The position numbers and the translations under genes are program-made. From NCBI GenBank assembly GCA_018985225.1, contig JADGIF010000049.1, positions 1-27,150 on the forward strand: a stretch of DNA of 27,150 nt. The letters are read 5' to 3'. Positions 20,794 to 27,150 of this stretch are shown piece by piece (position 1 is the stretch's first letter; each line of letters starts with the position of its first letter). A model generated the notes under the pieces. That model did no database searches and was not told the origin of the DNA. It saw nothing but the letters and a program-made list of their open reading frames with translations. The stretch comes from Amoeboradix gromovi X-113 (lineage: Eukaryota; Fungi; Sanchytriomycota).

Positions 20794-21879
20794 TCAGCTG
20801 CTAGCGAAGCTGTTGTAATACTCTACAAGTCCGTTCTTAGTGCAGAGAATTTTCAGAAACACTTTTCCAAACTTGCTCTTGAGATCCTTTTTCCTCACAG
20901 CATTGTTAACGATCAACGCATCCATCAGCTCGTTCGTAACAACATCTGAATCAAGCTTATCAGCTAGCTGCATGTTTAGTTTCTTCACCACAGGTTCAAT
21001 TAAATATCTTATTTCGGAATGCTCAAGGAATCCTTGCTTGTTTACATCTAGCGCGTCAAAACATAAATGTACAATATGTATGTTATCAGTGTTGTCATTT
21101 ATTAAAGACAACTCCGTGAACTTTTCAAAGTCGATCCTCGAGTTTTTACCATGCTCTTCACAAAATCGTTCCAAAAAGAGCATGTTATACGTTCCGTATT
21201 TAAATGCTTCGTTGGCACTTATTGAACCTTGTTTTGAAACGTCTAATTGGTTGAATTTGTTATATAGTTTAGTGAATGAGCTAATAGCAAAGAAATTGCT
21301 CAACTCCCACTTTTTGTCACTCGAGTCGCAATTCTCTCGGACTTCCAAAAACTCTGTCAAAATAGGACTAAGGAGAAGATCCTGGATGTATATTTTTTTC
21401 ATGTGCTCTGTTCCCAGTAACAGCAGTAATTTTTTACTACATGTCTGCATGTATAAATCCTGCAGTCCGGGGCTCAATTCATCGTAATCTGGTACATCTT
21501 TTATTTGGTCGTACATGTATCCTTTTAGGTCGGGTATAGTTAGTGCGTGAGAGTAGGTACTGTCATAACAGGCAAATGCAAGTCTGGCTTCATAAAGAGA
21601 CTCCTTTCGAATAATGTATGAAGTGAATCTATTGAAGTCTAGCTGGCGATTGTTGCTTAATCTCAAAAAAACACTAGGTTTGAAATACTTTTTATATCTT
21701 TTATCTAAAGACTCCTCCAAATGTTTGAACTCTTGATAACTTAGAGACGCTATTGAATTAGCCTTACAGTAGGCGTCTATCTTAAATGTCAAGTCTTGAA
21801 CCTCTTCTTGAGATATCAAATCATTTGACTTGTTTTCAATTATCCTCGACAAAATAAATTCGTTCAATTTGAGCTCCAT
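20794..21879 (-). CDS. EF-hand protein, PP2A regulatory subunit B'' (gamma-like)
   Basis: YFKPSVFLRL, FACYD, KIYIQDLLLSPILTEFLE, YNKFNQLDVSKQGSIS and FDALDVNKQGFL match the B''/PPP2R3C pattern. Confidence 0.75.
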   Translation of the reverse strand: MELKLNEFILSRIIENKSNDLISQEEVQDLTFKIDAYCKANSIASLSYQEFKHLEESLDKRYKKYFKPSVFLRLSNNRQLDFNRFTSYIIRKESLYEARLAFACYDSTYSHALTIPDLKGYMYDQIKDVPDYDELSPGLQDLYMQTCSKKLLLLLGTEHMKKIYIQDLLLSPILTEFLEVRENCDSSDKKWELSNFFAISSFTKLYNKFNQLDVSKQGSISANEAFKYGTYNMLFLERFCEEHGKNSRIDFEKFTELSLINDNTDNIHIVHLCFDALDVNKQGFLEHSEIRYLIEPVVKKLNMQLADKLDSDVVTNELMDALIVNNAVRKKDLKSKFGKVFLKILCTKNGLVEYYNSFASS

Positions 21880-22086
21880 TTCGAAACAGGAAAGCCACCA
21901 TATACTTTCTAGGTTTCTAACTCCGCCCTTTAGAGGTTTAGCTATAATGAATTGATATCTGCAGAGTATTTAACAATATTAAACCTTAATTGATTGGCTA
22001 ATTAAACTTTTATTGGATTTTGTACCAATCGCCGTTTAGCAAGAGAGTTGATAGCGACCAGAACTCCATTCTTGCAAAAATCTCAA

Positions 22087-24306
22087 ATGAGCTTAACAAT
22101 TTACGAGAGATCAAAATATGTATTACAAGATCTGGGGCAACTAACAATTTTTCGAAAGCACATTGATTTCCTAAGCAATAAGCTCGTTAAACCCCAAGCG
22201 TCTGTTCCTTTTTCAGTTGCACGAACCGTAGAACAGTTGGGTCCACTATACGTCAGTGCGTCCCCAATTCATTTGGTAACTGGTAAACCGGATCCAGTGT
22301 CTTTGTTATGGACTATTAGTCGCCTTGGTGATCCGTTGTGTAATTTGATAAACTTATTCTTGACCCGCCACAAGGCGATAGAAATTAAAGATTGGGAAGA
22401 AGCCATAAATGCTCAAAACATAGATCAGTGCAAGACTCAAATTCTTATATGCATTAAAAAGTGTGAAACTGAGTTATTTTGGCCAATATCTGAATTATTC
22501 TCGATTAGCGATTTGTACAAGGACGACATTGATGGGTTTCTCAAAGTTCTAACTTTCTATGAGAAGATCATATCTATTTTGAGAGATCAAAATATCATCG
22601 TAAAACAAAAAAATGATGTAGCTATGTCCAGTGGATATTCAAACCCCTCGGCAGACACCAATCTAAGTAAAGTTTTCATGGAAATAGTCCACACAGAAAA
22701 GAAGTACGTTTTAGACTTGGAAAAGCTGCTAGAATACGAAAAATTTATTTATAATTCTAATATTTTGTCAAACGATGTGATAAAAGTCCTGTTTGCTAAC
22801 TTGCCCTCTTTGGTTGATTTTCAAAGGCGTTTTTGCATCTGCATTGAGTCCCTTTTGGATAGCGCGAATGATGAAAGCGTTAAACTGAGAATTGGTGCAC
22901 TGTTTGTTCAAACCGAGAGCGCCTTTTCCGTTTACGATGGTTTCTGCAAGAATTACAATCAGGCAATTGAAGTTACAGACAAGCAGTCAGAAGCATTGTC
23001 AAAAGCTAACCATATTTTGGATTGCTCGTATGAATTGCAATCTTACTTGATCAAGCCAATACAACGAATTTGTAAATTTCCACTCTTAATTAAAGAAATT
23101 ATAAAGCACTCCAAATTAGAGTCTGGCTCGTTGGTTTACCAGGAGATTCAATTAGGATTGGTAAGTATTAAAAAAGCTGCGGACGGGGTGAATGAGCAAC
23201 GCAGGAGGCAAGAGAATTATGCTGACAAGTTGGATTTACAGCAGCGAGTAGAAGATTGGAAAGGTCATGATCCTGCCACCTTTGGAGACTTGTTACTTCA
23301 TGACAAGTTCCCCACCCTAGTGAATGACTCCAAGCGTGAGCTAAAAGTCTACTTATTCGACAGGATAGTCGTATTTCTAGTCGACGTGCAAAATTCAAAG
23401 GTGCTGAGAGCGTTTAAGCAAAAGCCAAATTCAGACAAACCAGCTTTTCAAATAAAAGGTCGAATTTGGATCTCCAACCTAAGTGATGTGGTAGAGATGC
23501 CTGATTTTAGTCTTAAAGTCTTTTGGAAAAGTCAAGAAATGGAATCTTTTACTTTAGAGTGCAGAAACGCAGAGCAATTGAAACTATGGAAGGTAACTTT
23601 GTTAAAGCTAAAGGATCGTAAGAGAAAGAAGTACAGCGTGATTGATGGTGAATACATGGACGATCGCGTGAAGCCAGCTCGGCCTCCACCTCCATCTAAT
23701 TTTGATAGTTTTGATGAGATTGATTCTCGACTTTCACTACATTCCAGAGTGTCTGATGATCACTCAAGCTTACCACCTGAATTACCATCCCCGATATCAC
23801 CAATGAGAGATCGAATTTTAATTCACCCCAACTACCAAGAGAGACCGCAATCATCCAGCTCCAGTTCAGCAAGAGTTCAGCCTCTAGATAAGAGTGGTTA
23901 CAAGTATCCTCGCAAAGGATCAGCCCCGATGGCTAGAAAAAATATCAAACCCCCGGATACACTTCCTCATGTTGTTCCAATTATAGATCCTAGATTAGCT
24001 CCAATGGTAGACCCGCGCTTAGATAATTTATATGGCAATAATATAGGTAAAATAAAAGTTAGGATTCACACTCAGAATGAGAAATATGCGCTGATTATGG
24101 ATGAGAACACCTTGAATTTTAGCGATTTTTATACTAAAATACAGTTTAAGATCCATTTGAATAGATTTAAGATCAAATACGGGTATGAGGAGAAGCAAAG
24201 CATCTTTATTATGTCTGACGAGGATATATTAAACGCAATGTACTATGCACAACGTCGAGAAAACAAGACTCTTAATCTGTTTGTTATAACAGATGAATAC
24301 TTTTAA
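22087..24306 (+). CDS. CDC24: Rho GEF Cdc24/Scd1 (CH-like, DH, PH, PB1)
   Basis: DPVSLLW..RLG.PLC.L.N Cdc24 domain; DH motifs EIVHTEKKYVLDLE and LIKPIQRICKFPLL; PH (FGDLLLHD...YLFD...KGRI); C-terminal PB1-like IKVRIH...IKY...SDEDI. Confidence 0.92.
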   Translation: MSLTIYERSKYVLQDLGQLTIFRKHIDFLSNKLVKPQASVPFSVARTVEQLGPLYVSASPIHLVTGKPDPVSLLWTISRLGDPLCNLINLFLTRHKAIEIKDWEEAINAQNIDQCKTQILICIKKCETELFWPISELFSISDLYKDDIDGFLKVLTFYEKIISILRDQNIIVKQKNDVAMSSGYSNPSADTNLSKVFMEIVHTEKKYVLDLEKLLEYEKFIYNSNILSNDVIKVLFANLPSLVDFQRRFCICIESLLDSANDESVKLRIGALFVQTESAFSVYDGFCKNYNQAIEVTDKQSEALSKANHILDCSYELQSYLIKPIQRICKFPLLIKEIIKHSKLESGSLVYQEIQLGLVSIKKAADGVNEQRRRQENYADKLDLQQRVEDWKGHDPATFGDLLLHDKFPTLVNDSKRELKVYLFDRIVVFLVDVQNSKVLRAFKQKPNSDKPAFQIKGRIWISNLSDVVEMPDFSLKVFWKSQEMESFTLECRNAEQLKLWKVTLLKLKDRKRKKYSVIDGEYMDDRVKPARPPPPSNFDSFDEIDSRLSLHSRVSDDHSSLPPELPSPISPMRDRILIHPNYQERPQSSSSSSARVQPLDKSGYKYPRKGSAPMARKNIKPPDTLPHVVPIIDPRLAPMVDPRLDNLYGNNIGKIKVRIHTQNEKYALIMDENTLNFSDFYTKIQFKIHLNRFKIKYGYEEKQSIFIMSDEDILNAMYYAQRRENKTLNLFVITDEYF

Positions 24307-24413
24307 CAGTAAATACAAATTGTAACTCCATGATATTTCATTTCTTACTCTTACAAACGTTGAAAGGTGCTAGAGTGGACTCAAAATTGTAGCTAACAAT
24401 CCCCTGGTTTGAA

Positions 24414-25178
24414 ATGCATAAATTGGTGACTTTCAATCTTAGATTTGGATCAGCAAATGACGGACCAAATTCATGGGAATTCAGAAGATCTGTCTTTTAC
24501 AACAACATAAAGGCACTAGAACCGGATGTTATGGGTACTCAAGAAGGGCTAGAATGGCAACTGAATGAAATACTATTTGGAATCGGACCTCGTTATTCGT
24601 ATGTAGGGCAAGGGAGAGACGGTGGTAATACTGGAGAATACTGTGCTATATTTTATAACAATTTAAAATATGAGGAATTGCAGCATGGGTCGTTTTGGTT
24701 GAGTGATACGCCAAATATTCCCAGTAGATCGTGGGACTCTAACCTCAATAGGATATGCACATGGGTTGAATTAAGAATCATGAACACCAACGATTCATTT
24801 TTTATTTACAACACTCATTTAGACTGGGAATCTTCGATATCCAGGGATTTAAGCATTCCCGTTATCCTTGAACACATTGGACAGAAGAAACTAGAAGAAG
24901 ACAAAGTAATTGTTATGGGCGATTTTAACAGCAATTCGGACAGTAAGCCTTGCCAGATATTGAGAAAGCACGGGTTTACTGATTCTTTTGAGTCAGAAAC
25001 CAAAGTTAACACATTTCACTGCTTCAATGGTAAGGGAAATGGTGGCAAAATTGATTTCATATGGATAAAAAAACGTGATTTTAGTGTTCACCGTGCAAAC
25101 ATTGACCAATACAATGAAAACGGAAGATATCCGAGTGATCATTACGCAATTACTACGACATTGGTATTAAATAAATAG
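24414..25178 (+). CDS. Endonuclease/exonuclease/phosphatase (EEP) family protein
   Basis: TFNLR, GTQEG, NTHLD, MGDFN, KIDFI and PSDH catalytic motifs. Confidence 0.93.
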   Translation: MHKLVTFNLRFGSANDGPNSWEFRRSVFYNNIKALEPDVMGTQEGLEWQLNEILFGIGPRYSYVGQGRDGGNTGEYCAIFYNNLKYEELQHGSFWLSDTPNIPSRSWDSNLNRICTWVELRIMNTNDSFFIYNTHLDWESSISRDLSIPVILEHIGQKKLEEDKVIVMGDFNSNSDSKPCQILRKHGFTDSFESETKVNTFHCFNGKGNGGKIDFIWIKKRDFSVHRANIDQYNENGRYPSDHYAITTTLVLNK

Positions 25179-25419
25179 ATTGGAATACCAGAGATATGCC
25201 CAAAAGAAAACTAACGCTCGCTGTTCGCTTTGACTTTCTTCCAAAAAACTTAAAGGTTTTAGTCATTCCAAGTATTAGTGGGAGTCCGATTAAAAAGAGT
25301 AAGTTGCCAATTGCCATCAATGCAGTATCCAGCAACAGTAGTATGCCAAGAAAGAAGAACAAGCTTCCAAATAGTGTCAAGGATACTCCAACCTTTTGCT
25401 GATCCGAAAGCATCATCAT
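25153..25419 (-). pseudogene. GOT1: C-terminally truncated Got1 (Golgi transport) homolog
   Basis: LSDQQKVGV.LT.FG..F.FLG.LL..D.AL.AIGNLLFL.GL.LILG..KT..FF is the Got1 N-terminus. Similarity ends at LVF and the frame runs into the antisense end of the EEP gene. Confidence 0.7.
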
Positions 25420-25732
25420 CTTTCGAAAGTTATAGTTTCAAATCCGTTTAATAAAAATCCGAAATATACAGCCATCTCCGCAGGACTCTTATGCTTGCCC
25501 TGGGTTTCCATAGTCACTGATGGTGTACAGCCCAGAAAGATGCGCTGTTCTCGCAAAGAGAGGAAGAGATACAGGCACGAGTGGGATGAAGAGCACTACA
25601 GGCTTCCCGGTCTCATATACCTCGCAATGTAAGAGCGGACAAGATTTTTCCTGAATCTGGGATGCACCAGATTGGTCTTTCAGGCAGAAACGTGATATTG
25701 CAAAGAAACGCTGAACAATTGAAAGTAGTTTA

Positions 25733-26011
25733 CTAGCACCCATCCAGAATGTTGAAATTGATCCACATTTCACAACAAGTGTTATAACGGTTTTGAGTAT
25801 TGGCTTTTTTTCTTTTCTCTGAGAAGCATTTGTTAGTAAAGGGCAAATTCTCGACTATGCATTCATTGTAGCTTCTAGTAGCTATGCCGTAAGCATTTGA
25901 AAGTTTTTCCAGCAAAAAACAATGTTTCTTTACCAAAATAGCTTTTTGTTGTTTGGTTGGCTCGCCTGTCGCACCAGAGACCAATGACATCAGAACTAGT
26001 AAGTAGATCAT
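25733..26011 (-). CDS. Small secreted Cys-containing protein, 92 aa
   Basis: Signal-peptide-like MIYLLVLMSLVSG and six Cys; no known family. Confidence 0.45.
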   Translation of the reverse strand: MIYLLVLMSLVSGATGEPTKQQKAILVKKHCFLLEKLSNAYGIATRSYNECIVENLPFTNKCFSEKRKKANTQNRYNTCCEMWINFNILDGC

Positions 26012-26317
26012 ACAGGGAAAGCAGCAGACCTCGCTTATTTATCATGTTGCAATCCTTGCAGTGTATCGCGGTTGGGCAGATTTTATCTAATAATTGGACG
26101 ACCCAATAGGAACAAGCATACGCCAATCTTCCACGATCGCGAATGCCGCTATACTGGTGTTTCACAGCTGGTACTTGGTCTACCAGTGGTTGATTATTCG
26201 ACGGCTTTCTGACCTTAATCTTTAAGGATGTTACCGCAGCTGGCTATGGCGGTACCATCACACCTCGAAGCGCAGAACTGCTCTTTGGCTGCAATGCAGC
26301 TCATTTCTCGCTTTAAG

Positions 26318-26754
<437 letters not shown>

Positions 26755-26880
26755 ATAAAATTATTTTTTAAACACTGCTTGTATAGAGATAAGCTGCGTG
26801 TGCAGTGTCATGTAGCTGAGCGACGAACATTTTCGGAATGTGCTCGTGCCGAAAAGCCTGTTAATTAGCTGTCATTTTAT

Positions 26881-27150
26881 TTATTTAAACTTTATAGGTA
26901 AGTATGCTGTATACGGATGATCTGAGGGCGTAACACCTACAATCCTCTCATTGTCTTGAGATAGGTACTTGAATTTTGACCCGTAATACTCCCAATTGGA
27001 GGTTGAGAAGACTGCGCATGATATTTTGCCACCCGTTGTGACCACACACGTTCTGTTATTCTTTATATCTACTTGCTTGTACGTAGTGCCTGGGATCTGT
27101 GTCCAGATGGGTGAAGGACTAGAAAAATTTTCAGTACAGTACAACTCATA
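26881..27150 (-). CDS. Tectonin-like lectin, paralog C (3' part; runs off the window)
   Basis: WTQIPG..KQVDIK..RTCVVT..KISCA.F.TSNW...KFKYL...ERIVGV aligns with the C-terminal blades of paralogs A and B. The frame is open to the window edge. Confidence 0.75.
   Translation of the reverse strand, partial: YELYCTENFSSPSPIWTQIPGTTYKQVDIKNNRTCVVTTGGKISCAVFSTSNWEYYGSKFKYLSQDNERIVGVTPSDHPYTAYLPIKFK

Noticed and set aside
20840-21487. 215-aa plus-strand ORF and other short ORFs inside genes
   Set aside because: Antisense or alternate-frame shadows of well-supported CDSs.
8364-24306. RGS, receptor-like protein and Cdc24 as a signalling cluster
   Set aside because: Common gene families, widely spaced; no evidence beyond proximity.
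25489-25773. 94-aa ORF as a second exon of the small secreted protein
   Set aside because: Non-ATG start, no convincing splice junction, no recognisable domain.

Overview
AT-rich, gene-dense eukaryotic DNA, most consistent with a compact early-diverging fungal genome (inferred from Cdc24/Scd1, Dug1, fungal-type histone H4, an EGCrP-type GH5 and Got1; the species cannot be determined here). Host genes: gamma-glutamyltransferase, RGS-domain protein, multi-TM receptor-like protein, Cys-Gly dipeptidase, GH5 glycosylceramidase-like enzyme, coiled-coil protein, PP2A B''-type EF-hand protein, Cdc24, EEP-family hydrolase, truncated Got1, a variant histone H4 and three tectonin-like beta-propeller lectins. 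Two genes require GT-AG introns of only 19 and 20 nt. Main discovery: three decayed, internally deleted copies of a Fanzor (eukaryotic TnpB, Fanzor2-like) element at 1576-2169 (-), about 2170-2563 (+) and 7777-8334 (+). Copies 1 and 2 keep a ~124-nt structured 3' module and copy 3 keeps a partial, diverged version. All three end at AAYGAGGAG and are followed by different flanks, i.e. candidate omegaRNA scaffolds with three different guides. A separate TIR/MITE family with (T)GGGACA termini has several copies, and one pair of ends brackets a frameshifted gene. A 1.1-kb inverted duplication created a lectin paralog pair showing an excess of amino-acid-changing substitutions.
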